Source: Cyanobacteria bacterium P01_A01_bin.123 (GTDB lineage Bacteria; Cyanobacteriota; Cyanobacteriia; Phormidesmidales; Phormidesmidaceae). From it: a stretch of 64,000 nucleotides of DNA. The stretch spans positions 66,994 to 130,993 of the forward strand of contig JBCBZT010000018.1 of the NCBI GenBank assembly GCA_039815185.1, read 5' to 3'. How positions within the stretch are numbered: position 1 is the stretch's first letter; each line of letters starts with the position of its first letter. Of this stretch, positions 43,318-52,484 are shown one piece after another. The translations under genes and the position numbers were made by a program. The notes beneath the pieces were generated by a model. The model was not told where the DNA came from. It searched no databases and worked only from the letters and a program-made list of their open reading frames with translations.

Positions 43318-44389
43318 GTGGTCAAACAAGGGCACTGGCATGGCAAAGAAGGAATTTCTACGAAGAATTGGCGACGAAGAGGATATAGAGTTCTCTCATG
43401 ATTATTACAGTGCTGCTGATGCTGTCTGTTGGGCACCAGGTAGGACTATCGGCAACATCGCGGTTAGTTCTGAAGAAACATTTGGTATGTTTGAGGGAAA
43501 ATCAGGCAATGATGCTGTGCTTCCTTGTCAAATCATCCCCGCAGGCAAGTTTCGAAATGGGGCAAAGCGCTGGTATTGCAAGACCCATCAAATACACTGG
43601 GGAGTTAAGGCTGATTACGCGGCTGCATCAGAGTCAGGAGAAGTCCTTTGCAGCAATTATCTCACAAAAATGAGCTATGTCGTTAACCCTCTAGAGATTG
43701 AGTTCAAGGATTTTGAGGAAATTGGTATTTGGTGTTCACTTCCCCCAGCACTTTCCACGGAAAGTATCGAGAAAAGAGCTCCTAAAATTCATGTCCATAA
43801 GCGATTCCAACAGGAGTCAAACAAGCTTATAGACAGAGACTTTGATGCAATCGTGTGCTCCTATAACGAAGATATGGGACTCTTTTCTAATCCAGAAATC
43901 ACAAAGATACAAGTTACACCACCTGCAGCATTTGAGTTTGTCCGTTCACTGGAAGAGGAACGGGAAATGTCATGTGTTACCTGCAAGAAATGCGGTTATC
44001 CACATTTAGACTTAGGCGATTTTGCTAGAAAGCCACACAAAAAGCATTTCTGTGGAAATTGTGGTAATGACAGTATTTGGAGTCCTGGGCCGATTGTCTC
44101 TACCCCTCTAAAACCTCTTCATGATCAGTTCAGTAACAGCAATATCTACATCATTCCTGAAAGAGTTGTTAATCTTGATGAATATGCTGGTTTGAGGTTT
44201 GAATTGTGGGCATCAACGCCAGCCGTCCTGTGGACAGCGAGCCGTCCTCAAGAAAAAGGAATTCATGTCCATGTTTACGACAAAGGCCGACGCGTTGTTG
44301 ACGATACCTTTGGAACCGTAATTCTTCACGGGCAGGAGCTTCAACGAGATCAGATGTGGGAAAATATGGTTCAAAATACACTGTACTGA
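43259..44389 (+). CDS. Uncharacterised Cys/His-rich (putative Zn-binding) protein
   Basis: 376-aa ORF; CKTH, CKKC..H, HFCGNC; internal repeat W.S.P...IHVH occurs twice. Confidence 0.8.
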   Translation: MFYSRRINKETQKVEVWECEWSNKGTGMAKKEFLRRIGDEEDIEFSHDYYSAADAVCWAPGRTIGNIAVSSEETFGMFEGKSGNDAVLPCQIIPAGKFRNGAKRWYCKTHQIHWGVKADYAAASESGEVLCSNYLTKMSYVVNPLEIEFKDFEEIGIWCSLPPALSTESIEKRAPKIHVHKRFQQESNKLIDRDFDAIVCSYNEDMGLFSNPEITKIQVTPPAAFEFVRSLEEEREMSCVTCKKCGYPHLDLGDFARKPHKKHFCGNCGNDSIWSPGPIVSTPLKPLHDQFSNSNIYIIPERVVNLDEYAGLRFELWASTPAVLWTASRPQEKGIHVHVYDKGRRVVDDTFGTVILHGQELQRDQMWENMVQNTLY

Positions 44390-44393
44390 AGTC

Positions 44394-44479
44394 GCTTAAC
44401 AACCCAGGTGCAGTAGATTGCCCCACATCGCAGTAAAGTTTCAAAAGTTGTCGGCAACTGCTGACCAGAACCGTTAGAA
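44394..44479 (+). mobile_element. Integron attC-like recombination site
   Basis: R'' GCTTAAC 4 nt after the stop codon; GGT-G-CAGTAG-A-TTGCC pairs with GGCAA-CTGCTG-ACC leaving extrahelical bases; R' GTTAGAA. Confidence 0.65.
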
Positions 44480-44629
44480 AGTGGAATTTTCTACTTGACA
44501 CGATAGGCTTTCGGTTTGATGCCTGTCAGCTGCCGAAATTTTCGCCCAAAATGGCTGTGGCTGTTGAAACCGCACTCAAGGGAGATCGCGATCGTGCCCT
44601 TTGGCAAAGCTGCTGAAGGCATGAATTTG

Positions 44630-44905
44630 CTAAATCCTTATGTCTTGATGACAACGCAGTTGAGTCCAGTCCAACTCTCCGTCACAGTCTTCGATTGGGG
44701 TATCCATCCCCGCTTTAATCGACTCGCGCATACCGGGAACCGATAGTAGATAAAGCGTCTCTTGAATGCTGGACCAATCTTCTTCAGATAAAAGTACGGC
44801 GTTGCCACTAGCGCCTGTGATGATCACTGGCTGATGTGACTGACTCACAGCATCAATCAGCCGCTGCAGTTGGGTCTGCGCCTCGTCAATTGGGAGTGAA
44901 GACAT
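44630..44905 (-). CDS. Phd/YefM antitoxin, orphan, with read-through C-terminus
   Basis: HQPVIITG..GNAVLLSEEDWSSIQETLYLLSVPGMRESI; no toxin ORF follows. Confidence 0.85.
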   Translation of the reverse strand: MSSLPIDEAQTQLQRLIDAVSQSHQPVIITGASGNAVLLSEEDWSSIQETLYLLSVPGMRESIKAGMDTPIEDCDGELDWTQLRCHQDIRI

Positions 44906-44998
44906 CGCACTTTCTACCGTCTCAAGTGCTCCCATTGTAATGTTTGCTCAGAAACCACTGTCAATATCCACTAGCCTTACCCATAAATCCCCACATCG

Positions 44999-45086
44999 AA
45001 TCCCCACATTTGGGGACAACGGCTCCCCATGTCTGTTTGTATTTTTGAGTTGTTAACGCCAGTCGTGATTAGAGAAGGCGGATCGC
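44999..45086 (+). repeat. Direct repeat copy B; probable promoter/operator of the downstream operon
   Basis: Matches 41851-41938; contains palindrome TCCCCA-catt-TGGGGA and is preceded by an extra AATCCCCACAT. Confidence 0.8.
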
Positions 45087-45093
45087 AACTCCC

Positions 45094-45372
45094 ATGAGTC
45101 AACCACACCGTTCAGCCAAAGATCGCCATCCCCTTGAACAGTACGAAATTCGTATCAAGGGACATCTTGATCATCGTTGGAGCCAGTGGTTTGAAGGATT
45201 CGCGATCGCACTCAAAGATAACGGTGAAACGCTGTTGTCCGGCCCGGTAGTGGATCAGGCTGCGCTCTACGGCGTGCTGATTAAGGTGCGTGATTTAGGG
45301 TTGCCGCTGATCTCAGTCATGCCGACCCAACTCGAACAGGCAAAAAAATTGGATAAAGGAGAACAAGCATGA
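45094..45372 (+). CDS. Small conserved protein usually adjacent to MalT/LuxR regulators
   Basis: YEIRIKGHLD.RW..WFEG...DQAALYGVL.KVRDLGLPLISV. Confidence 0.75.
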   Translation: MSQPHRSAKDRHPLEQYEIRIKGHLDHRWSQWFEGFAIALKDNGETLLSGPVVDQAALYGVLIKVRDLGLPLISVMPTQLEQAKKLDKGEQA

Positions 45373-45803
45373 ACTTGCAGAAGCAGATACTGACACTAGA
45401 AATGAAAGCGAAGCTCTCGACGCTGTGGATGTTTTATCTCTTCAATACGATATTTCGGGATATCCATGAATTTATTGAGCCTGGCTTCATTGAACAGGCG
45501 ATGACCGGGACATTCAATGGCATTCAAATCACAGAACCCCTGTTGCTATTCGGTGGTTTCGTTGCCGAAGTGCCGATCGCCATGGTGCTGCTCTCGCGGC
45601 TCTTGCCCTATGGTGCTAACCGTTGGGCCAACATCATCGCCGCTGTGATTACCCTCGCGTTTGAAATCAACAACGGCACCACCGATTTAGACGATACCTT
45701 TCACATGGTCATCGAAATGGCCGCACTGTGCTTCATCATTTGGTCGGCCTGGCGGTGGCGGAACCCAGTGCCCAAGCACTACTCAACCAATCAGGAGGCA
45801 TGA
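45369..45803 (+). CDS. DUF6326-like membrane protein
   Basis: KAKLSTLW.F.LFN.IFRDIHE, ANRWANII; several TM segments. Confidence 0.7.
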   Translation: MNLQKQILTLEMKAKLSTLWMFYLFNTIFRDIHEFIEPGFIEQAMTGTFNGIQITEPLLLFGGFVAEVPIAMVLLSRLLPYGANRWANIIAAVITLAFEINNGTTDLDDTFHMVIEMAALCFIIWSAWRWRNPVPKHYSTNQEA

Positions 45804-45865
45804 TTTTTGTGAATATGCCTTAGATACGAGAAATGCAGAAACCATTTAACTAAATCAACGAGGAT

Positions 45866-46513
45866 GTGATGAACGCTTCAGCTCAATTTTGGAACAAAGT
45901 TGCCGATGGTTATGCCAAACAACCGATCGCGGATGAAGCCGCCTACCAAAAGAAACTCCAGGTCACACGGGAATATTTGCAGCCCAGTATGAACGTGCTG
46001 GAGTTTGGTTGCGGTACCGGCTCAACGGCCATTACTCATGCCCCTTACGTGCAACATATCCGAGCGATTGACTTCTCATCAAACATGATTGCGATCGCTC
46101 AAGCGAAAGCCGCCGCCCAGAACATTCCAAATGTCACCTTTGAGCAAGCCAGTATTGACGAGCTGAGCGTCCCTGACCAAACTTACGATGCTGTATTGGG
46201 ATTGAATGTTTTACACCTGCTCCAAAACAAGGAAGCGGCGATCGCCAAGGTCCATAACCTGCTCCAACCGGGCGGATGTTTCATCACCAGTACCATCTGT
46301 CTGGGGGATACGATGGCTTGGTTCAAACTGATTGCCCCCGTGGGTAAATTCTTGGGACTGTTTCCGTTAGTCAAGATCTTCACGATCCAAGACTTAGTGA
46401 AAAGTTTGACAGATGCGGGATTTTCAATTGACTACCAATGGCAAGCGGGTGATTACAAATCGCCCATCGGTAACGCGAAAATCGTGTTCATTGTGGCTAA
46501 GAAGGCTGAGTAG
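45866..46513 (+). CDS. Class I SAM-dependent methyltransferase
   Basis: VLEFGCGTG, IDFS, LQPGG. Confidence 0.9.
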   Translation: MMNASAQFWNKVADGYAKQPIADEAAYQKKLQVTREYLQPSMNVLEFGCGTGSTAITHAPYVQHIRAIDFSSNMIAIAQAKAAAQNIPNVTFEQASIDELSVPDQTYDAVLGLNVLHLLQNKEAAIAKVHNLLQPGGCFITSTICLGDTMAWFKLIAPVGKFLGLFPLVKIFTIQDLVKSLTDAGFSIDYQWQAGDYKSPIGNAKIVFIVAKKAE

Positions 46514-46532
46514 AGTTGAAGGTTGAAGACCG

Positions 46533-47081
46533 ATGAAAAAAGTTGCTGTTTTTGGCAATACGGGCGGGGGAAAGTCCACCCTCAGCCAACGCTTGGCTGA
46601 CTTAACTGGACTGCCTTGGGTACCGCTTGATTCGCTGCAGTACCAGCCCGGTGGCGGCGAAGTGCCCCACGCTGAGTTCAAGGCTGCCCACGATGCCCTA
46701 TTACAACAGGACCAGTGGATTGTGGATGGCTTTGGCTCAATGGATACCTTATGGCCGCGTTTAGCCGCAGCCGATACCCTGGTATATCTCGATATGCCTG
46801 TGCTGCGGCACTACTGGTGGGTGACGAAGCGATTCCTGCAAGGGGCTTGGGTATCGCCTGCTGGTTGGCCGGAGGGGAGCTCGTTATTGAAAGGAACGCT
46901 GAACTCGTACAGCATCGTTCGGCTGTGCCATACCAAACTGACACCCAAATATCGAGCGTATGTAGCGCAAGCTCAGGCAACAAAGCAGGTTTACCATCTG
47001 CGATCGCTCAAAGATATCGAGACGTTTTACCAGACTGTTGAAGACAAAACCGATGTCACGACACCTGAAACTGAACCATGA
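46533..47081 (+). CDS. Adenylate-kinase-like P-loop protein (FlaR/topology-modulation family)
   Basis: VFGNTGGGKSTL, WIVDG, ADTLVYLD. Confidence 0.8.
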   Translation: MKKVAVFGNTGGGKSTLSQRLADLTGLPWVPLDSLQYQPGGGEVPHAEFKAAHDALLQQDQWIVDGFGSMDTLWPRLAAADTLVYLDMPVLRHYWWVTKRFLQGAWVSPAGWPEGSSLLKGTLNSYSIVRLCHTKLTPKYRAYVAQAQATKQVYHLRSLKDIETFYQTVEDKTDVTTPETEP

Positions 47082-47701
47082 CTCAATCAACAAGGTTTTG
47101 GGACAAGATCGCAGAGAAATACGCTAAGCAGCCCATTGCCGATGAAGCCGCTTACCAGAAAAAACTGGCGGTCACCCGTGACTACTTTCGCCCCGATATG
47201 GAAGTGCTGGAAATCGGCTGCGGTACGGGGTCAACGGCAATCCTCCATGCCCCCTATGTCAAGCACATCCGCGCCATTGATTTCTCTGCCAACATGATTG
47301 CCATTGCCCAGGGCAAAGCCGAGGCTGAGCACATTGACAATGTGACCTTCGAGCAAGCCACCATTGAAGACCTCGACATTCCGGATCAGAGCCTGGATGC
47401 GGTACTGGGCCTCAGCATTTTGCATTTGCTGAAGGATAAAGAGGCGGCGATCGCTCGGGTCTACCAAATGCTCAAACCGGGTGGCCTCTTCGTCACCAGC
47501 ACCGTTTGCATAGGAGATACCATGAGCTGGTTTAAGCTCATCGTACCCATTGGGCGATTCCTCGGATTTTTCCCGCTTGTTCAGGTTTTCACCGCGCAAG
47601 CGTTGGCAGACAGCTTAACCCAAGCCGGATTTGAGCTGGATTACCAATGGCAACCGAGCAAGGGCAAGGCAGTGTTCATCGTGGCAAAAAAGCCTGCATA
47701 A
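47078..47701 (+). CDS. Class I SAM-dependent methyltransferase, paralogue of 45866-46513
   Basis: YAKQPIADEAAYQKKL shared; VLEIGCGTG. Confidence 0.9.
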   Translation: MTQSTRFWDKIAEKYAKQPIADEAAYQKKLAVTRDYFRPDMEVLEIGCGTGSTAILHAPYVKHIRAIDFSANMIAIAQGKAEAEHIDNVTFEQATIEDLDIPDQSLDAVLGLSILHLLKDKEAAIARVYQMLKPGGLFVTSTVCIGDTMSWFKLIVPIGRFLGFFPLVQVFTAQALADSLTQAGFELDYQWQPSKGKAVFIVAKKPA

Positions 47702-48352
47702 ATGACCATGAATATGACACTGGATCACGTCTTTATACTGGTTGAGCCGGAGGCTAAGGTGGCTGATCGGCTGCTTGAACACGGCTTTCGAGAAGGCCCG
47801 AGAAACACTCATCCCGGTCAGGGCACCGCCAATCGGCGGGTTTACTTTGCCAATGGCATGGTGGAATTCCTGTGGGTGCGAGATGCCAATGAGGCGAACA
47901 CTGGCCCCGGTCTAGACCTGCGCTTTCCGGAGCGATCGCAAGATCCGAAAGCCTCCCCGTTTGGGGCTATTTTTGTCCCTCGTCACAATCCAATGAGTCA
48001 AGAAATGCCGTTTCCCGGTTGGCATTATCAACCTGACTACTTTCCACCCCCGAAAGGGTTCCATGTGGGTGCTAATTCCCAGAACTTGCTGGAACCGCTC
48101 TGTTTCTATTTCCCGTTTCATGATCCGGGCGTACCCCGACCGCAACCTGAACGCAATTCCCAGATGATTACGGAGGTGGTCATTTCTACACCATCGACTG
48201 ATACTCACGGGGTGTTGGCATTGGCATCGAGATGCAATCGCCTATCCATCCAATCAGCTCGTGAACATCTGATGGAAATCACGTTAGATCATTGTGCCCT
48301 AGGGTGCACCCAAGACTTTCGACCCGCAATGCCACTCATTTTGCACTGGTAA
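47702..48352 (+). CDS. VOC/glyoxalase-like family protein
   Basis: LDHVFI, HPGQGTANRRVYF...EFLW. Confidence 0.75.
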   Translation: MTMNMTLDHVFILVEPEAKVADRLLEHGFREGPRNTHPGQGTANRRVYFANGMVEFLWVRDANEANTGPGLDLRFPERSQDPKASPFGAIFVPRHNPMSQEMPFPGWHYQPDYFPPPKGFHVGANSQNLLEPLCFYFPFHDPGVPRPQPERNSQMITEVVISTPSTDTHGVLALASRCNRLSIQSAREHLMEITLDHCALGCTQDFRPAMPLILHW

Positions 48353-48430
48353 CTGTAGTAGAGTATCTAACTCATTCACGACTTTTTCTCGAACGCCACG
48401 AGGCAGGCAAGCTCTCAATAAGGAAGCGAC

Positions 48431-48877
48431 ATGGTTGTTTTAGTTGTACTACTCAGCGTATTTACTGTGACTTGGGGACTATTAGCGATCGCCCAACGTC
48501 CCCGCCAGATTCGTACCGCTGGCTGTATTGCCTTTGCAGCTTTGTTTATCTTTACAGGAATCAGTCATTTTGCTTTGGCCGAAGGCATGGTGCAGATGCT
48601 GCCTGAATGGGTTCCGGGGCGCTATCCGATCATTTACATTACCGGAATCATGGAAATGATTCTGGGACTTGGCTTTTTATGGCCATCAGGCCGACGTATG
48701 AGTGGTCTACTGACACTTACTTTCTTGATTGCTGTACTTCCATCTAATATTTATGCGGCTTTAAATTCCGTTGACTTTGGTGGAAATATTAACGGCCCTC
48801 GCTATCTGTTCTTTCGCATACCATTACAACTTTTCTTACTATGGTGGGTCTGGTTCATGGCGGTGCGTCGCTCTTAA
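48431..48877 (+). CDS. DoxX-like membrane protein
   Basis: FTGISHF, TG..E, P.NIYA, RIPLQ. Confidence 0.7.
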   Translation: MVVLVVLLSVFTVTWGLLAIAQRPRQIRTAGCIAFAALFIFTGISHFALAEGMVQMLPEWVPGRYPIIYITGIMEMILGLGFLWPSGRRMSGLLTLTFLIAVLPSNIYAALNSVDFGGNINGPRYLFFRIPLQLFLLWWVWFMAVRRS

Positions 48878-49008
48878 CTGGTTCGATAGCTTGCAATACC
48901 CAGGAATATTGAGGTTGGCTCCGTTTGCGATCGCGCGACTCTGCATCGCTTGAGCATTCCACTCCGTGCTCTCGGCTGGCCATAGCTTTCTAACAATCAA
49001 ATCCTTGA

Positions 49009-49749
49009 AGCGTATAGCCCTCTGTAACCAGGGGGTCGATTTCACCATGCAATTAAATACAAGAATCCCCACATCAGACCGCTGGAAAACTGCTCCCAGT
49101 ATCGACACCCTGCGATCGCTCTACGATGCATCTGCCGATCAATGGCAGGACAATTTAGCCCGTCTGGGCCAACTCCACGATTATCAGCTGCTGTTCAAAA
49201 GTCAGACAGTGCGCGATCGCTTGAGTCATCTTGACCAGACGTCTCAAATTCTCGACTGTGGGGTAGGAACAGGAGCCTTCAGCCTGGCGCTTTTAGAAGG
49301 TGTCAATCAGCCAGTTCATGTCTCCGGCGTCGATATTTCCTACCCCATGTTGACCCACGCTCAACAGATTCTGGAAAATCGCTGCCCGACGCTCGATTTG
49401 AGATGGGGGGATATCAGGCGCTTGCCCTTTGCCGATGAATCCTTCGACGCGGTCATATTTGCCCATGTTTTGGAGCACATGGCCGAACCCGTAGAAACGT
49501 TGCGTGAGATGATCCGAGTTCTAAAACCGGGTGCCCCGCTGATTGGCTCAGTGACTCGCAAAGGACTGGGTCAAGTGCTCATGTCCCTGCGCTGGCAAAA
49601 TCGAGGATACGTCTCCAACCAGCTGGACGCTTTCCTACAAGCCGCAGGACTTGAGGCCGTGAGGTCGTTTGACTATGGTACTGGCTGGTCGAAATGGATC
49701 TGCATAGCCGCGATCGGGGTTAAACCAGGATAGAGATCAAAGCATAATG
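49009..49749 (+). repeat. Long direct repeat copy 1 (about 740 bp; copy 2 at 53536-54277)
   Basis: Near-identical nucleotide sequence including the upstream AGCGTATAGCCCTCTG leader. Confidence 0.9.
49047..49733 (+). CDS. UbiE-like class I SAM methyltransferase
   Basis: ILDCGVGTG, GVDIS, LPFADESFDAV, RVLKPG. Confidence 0.88.
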   Translation: MQLNTRIPTSDRWKTAPSIDTLRSLYDASADQWQDNLARLGQLHDYQLLFKSQTVRDRLSHLDQTSQILDCGVGTGAFSLALLEGVNQPVHVSGVDISYPMLTHAQQILENRCPTLDLRWGDIRRLPFADESFDAVIFAHVLEHMAEPVETLREMIRVLKPGAPLIGSVTRKGLGQVLMSLRWQNRGYVSNQLDAFLQAAGLEAVRSFDYGTGWSKWICIAAIGVKPG

Positions 49750-49769
49750 CACAGGGCCATAAATTAGGT

Positions 49770-51152
49770 TTACGGGTGACCGATTGGGCGAACCTTAGGG
49801 CCTTGGGTCGTATCTTCAACCGCGTAACCCACTGCGGTAATCTGATCTCTCAACTCATCGGCTTCCTGCCAGCGCTTTTTCAAGCGAGCCTGATGCCGCT
49901 GCTCAGCTAGGGCGAGGATGTCTTCGGGAATCACCGTTGCGGGCGGTGTCCAGGCCACCAATCGTAAGCCCAAGACCTGATCAAACTTGACTAATGTCGC
50001 CTTCTTGACGGCATCCGGCAAATCGCTTTTCGTCAGTTCCCAGGTCAGCGCCAGGGCCTGGGGCAGGTTCAAATCATTATTGATGAAAGCGGTAAATCGC
50101 TCGATGTACGACTCATCCGGCGTGCCGGCTTCGCCCCAACCATAGCTCAGGTTTCGGAGACGATTTAGCGCTGTGACGGCACCATCCAGACTCTCCCAAG
50201 TAAAGTTGAGGTTGGCTCGATAGCTGGCATTCAGGCAAAAATAGCGGTAGGCGAGGGGATCATATCCCCGGTCAATCAAGCTTTGCAGCTGCAAAAACTC
50301 GCCGCTGGATTTCGCCATCTTGGCATCGTTTAATTGCAGAAAATGCCCATGCAGCCAGAAATTAGCCAGGTGAGTGCCATGGCAGGCTTGGGTTTGAGCA
50401 ATTTCGTTGGTGTGATGCACCGGGATGTGATCTTCGCCGCCACAGTGGATGTCAAAGAACGTTCCTAAGTATTTGGCCGACATGGCAGAACACTCAATAT
50501 GCCAACCAGGAAAGCCCCGTCCCCAAGGACTCTCCCATTCCATCTGTCGGGTTTGATGCGAAGGGCTAAACTTCCAGAGGGCAAAGTCGGTGGGATTACG
50601 TTTTTCGGCCATCTCAACCCGGTTCCCCGCCTGCAAACCCTCAACATCCAGCCGAGCCAGATAGCCGTAATCTGACAACCGAGACGTATCAAAATAAATT
50701 CCGTCGGCAGTGCGATAGGTAAACTCTCTGGCTTCAATGCCCTGAATGAACTCGATCTGTTCCTGAATATGGTCAGTAGCTCGACACCAGACACTGGGTT
50801 CTTTGATGTTGAGGCGATCCATATCTTCCTTAAAGGACTGGGTGTAGAGTTCGGCAATTTCCCAGGCGGTTTTACCCGTCCGTTTGGAGCCTTTCTCCAT
50901 TTTGTCTTCGCCCTCATCGGCGTCGGAGGTGAGGTGGCCGACGTCGGTAATGTTCATCACATGGCGGACTTTGTAGCCGTTGAACTCTAGTACCCGGCGC
51001 AGTAGATCCTCAAAAATGTAGGTGCGCAGGTTGCCGATGTGGGCATAGTCATAGACTGTGGGACCGCAGGTATAGAGGTCCACATTGGGGGGATGGAGGG
51101 GCTCAAAATCCCGCAGTTGACGGGCATAGGTGTCGTAAAGTTGGAGGCTCAT
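49770..51152 (-). CDS. cysS: Cysteine-tRNA ligase (foreign-type, probably a second copy)
   Basis: [33 protein letters not shown]; carries a [16 protein letters not shown] insertion. Confidence 0.93.
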   Translation of the reverse strand: MSLQLYDTYARQLRDFEPLHPPNVDLYTCGPTVYDYAHIGNLRTYIFEDLLRRVLEFNGYKVRHVMNITDVGHLTSDADEGEDKMEKGSKRTGKTAWEIAELYTQSFKEDMDRLNIKEPSVWCRATDHIQEQIEFIQGIEAREFTYRTADGIYFDTSRLSDYGYLARLDVEGLQAGNRVEMAEKRNPTDFALWKFSPSHQTRQMEWESPWGRGFPGWHIECSAMSAKYLGTFFDIHCGGEDHIPVHHTNEIAQTQACHGTHLANFWLHGHFLQLNDAKMAKSSGEFLQLQSLIDRGYDPLAYRYFCLNASYRANLNFTWESLDGAVTALNRLRNLSYGWGEAGTPDESYIERFTAFINNDLNLPQALALTWELTKSDLPDAVKKATLVKFDQVLGLRLVAWTPPATVIPEDILALAEQRHQARLKKRWQEADELRDQITAVGYAVEDTTQGPKVRPIGHP

Positions 51153-51170
51153 GGCAAACGTCCATTCATG

Positions 51171-52469
51171 CTAGGGCGAAACTCGATAGCGATCACGGGG
51201 ATACAGCGTCGCCTGTCGGACATTCGCCAGATGCAAAACCTTTGCCGTCAGGCGTTCTAGTCCAATGGCTAGGCCACCGTGGGGCGGCATGCCCATGTCA
51301 AAGGCTTGCAGGTGAGCTGCAAATAAACCCGGTTCAATTCCCCGCTGGGTCAAGGCTTGCTCCAGATCCTGGCGTCGATGCAATCGGCGTCCACCCGTAG
51401 TAATTTCAATGCCTTCAAACAGCAGGTCAAAGCTCTCTGAGGCACCGCTTTCATCACGGGGATGGGTGTAGAACGGTCGACTGGACAAGGGAAAACCCAG
51501 CACAAACACCGCCGGAACGCCAGTTTCTTTTTCCGCTAGTTCACATAGCTGACGTTCTGCTGCGGGGTCCAGGTCATCCACCAGGTCGGTGCGGTCGAAG
51601 TGGTGTTTCAGACGCGCTAGACAATTTTCAAATTCCCAGGTGGGCACTTCCAACATTGAAGGCAGGGGAGTCTGCCGATAGCCTTTGAGCAGGTCGGCTT
51701 GTTCCCGATTGAGACATTCAAACACATGGGTCAGCAGCTCACGCTCCAGCTGAATGACGTCTTCAGACCCATCAATGAATCCCATTTCTAAGTCGAGGGA
51801 ATAATACTCGGTCAGATGGCGGCTACTGGCATGGGGTTCTGCCCGATAGACATGGCCAGTTTCAAAGACACGCTCCAGTCCGGCAACACCATATTCTTTG
51901 TAGAACTGAGGACTCTGGGCCAGGTAAACCGATCGCTCAAAGTATTTGACCTCAAACAGATTGGTGCCCCCTTCCGTACCGCTGGAGACCAGCTTGGAGG
52001 TGACAATTTCGGTGAAGTGTTGCGATCGCAACCATTGGCGAAAATAGTGCAAAATTGCTGCCTGAATCCTAAAGATATCCCCCACCGCCTGATTGCGAAG
52101 CGCCAGGGGACGATAATTCAACAACGTCTCTGGACCAATGTCTGTCATGTCTGAGTTGGCATTAAACGGTAGCGGATGGGCGACTGAATTGAGCAAAGCA
52201 ACTTCCAGCACATCCACCTCAAACCCAGCCCGCGCCCGTTTATCGGTTCGTACTTTTCCTCTAATTTCGACAGGCTCATCAAGCTTCAGGCTAACTGCCT
52301 TTAGTGAGGCAGAATCTGCCACGCACTGAATCTCCCCAGTGCAGTCTTTCACCACAATAAACGTGGTTTTTGAGAGTTCTCTGAGGCGATAAATCCAGCC
52401 CCGAATCAGGACTGGCGCTTCCAGAGTGGGTTCAAGCGCATTAATCAGAGTTCGTTGAGTACTCGCCAT
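51171..52469 (-). CDS. aspS: Archaeal/eukaryal-type aspartate-tRNA ligase (short, no GAD domain)
   Basis: OB fold, EGGTNLF, AQSPQFYK, YRAE..ASSRHL.EY, EITTGG.R, GMPPHGG.AIGLER. Confidence 0.88.
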   Translation of the reverse strand: MASTQRTLINALEPTLEAPVLIRGWIYRLRELSKTTFIVVKDCTGEIQCVADSASLKAVSLKLDEPVEIRGKVRTDKRARAGFEVDVLEVALLNSVAHPLPFNANSDMTDIGPETLLNYRPLALRNQAVGDIFRIQAAILHYFRQWLRSQHFTEIVTSKLVSSGTEGGTNLFEVKYFERSVYLAQSPQFYKEYGVAGLERVFETGHVYRAEPHASSRHLTEYYSLDLEMGFIDGSEDVIQLERELLTHVFECLNREQADLLKGYRQTPLPSMLEVPTWEFENCLARLKHHFDRTDLVDDLDPAAERQLCELAEKETGVPAVFVLGFPLSSRPFYTHPRDESGASESFDLLFEGIEITTGGRRLHRRQDLEQALTQRGIEPGLFAAHLQAFDMGMPPHGGLAIGLERLTAKVLHLANVRQATLYPRDRYRVSP

Positions 52470-52484
52470 AAGCAGAGTCTAGGA

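Noticed and set aside
49064..49075. AATCCCCACATC matching the putative operator half-site
   Set aside because: Inside coding sequence, lacks the second half-site and is not conserved in the duplicate copy; probably chance.
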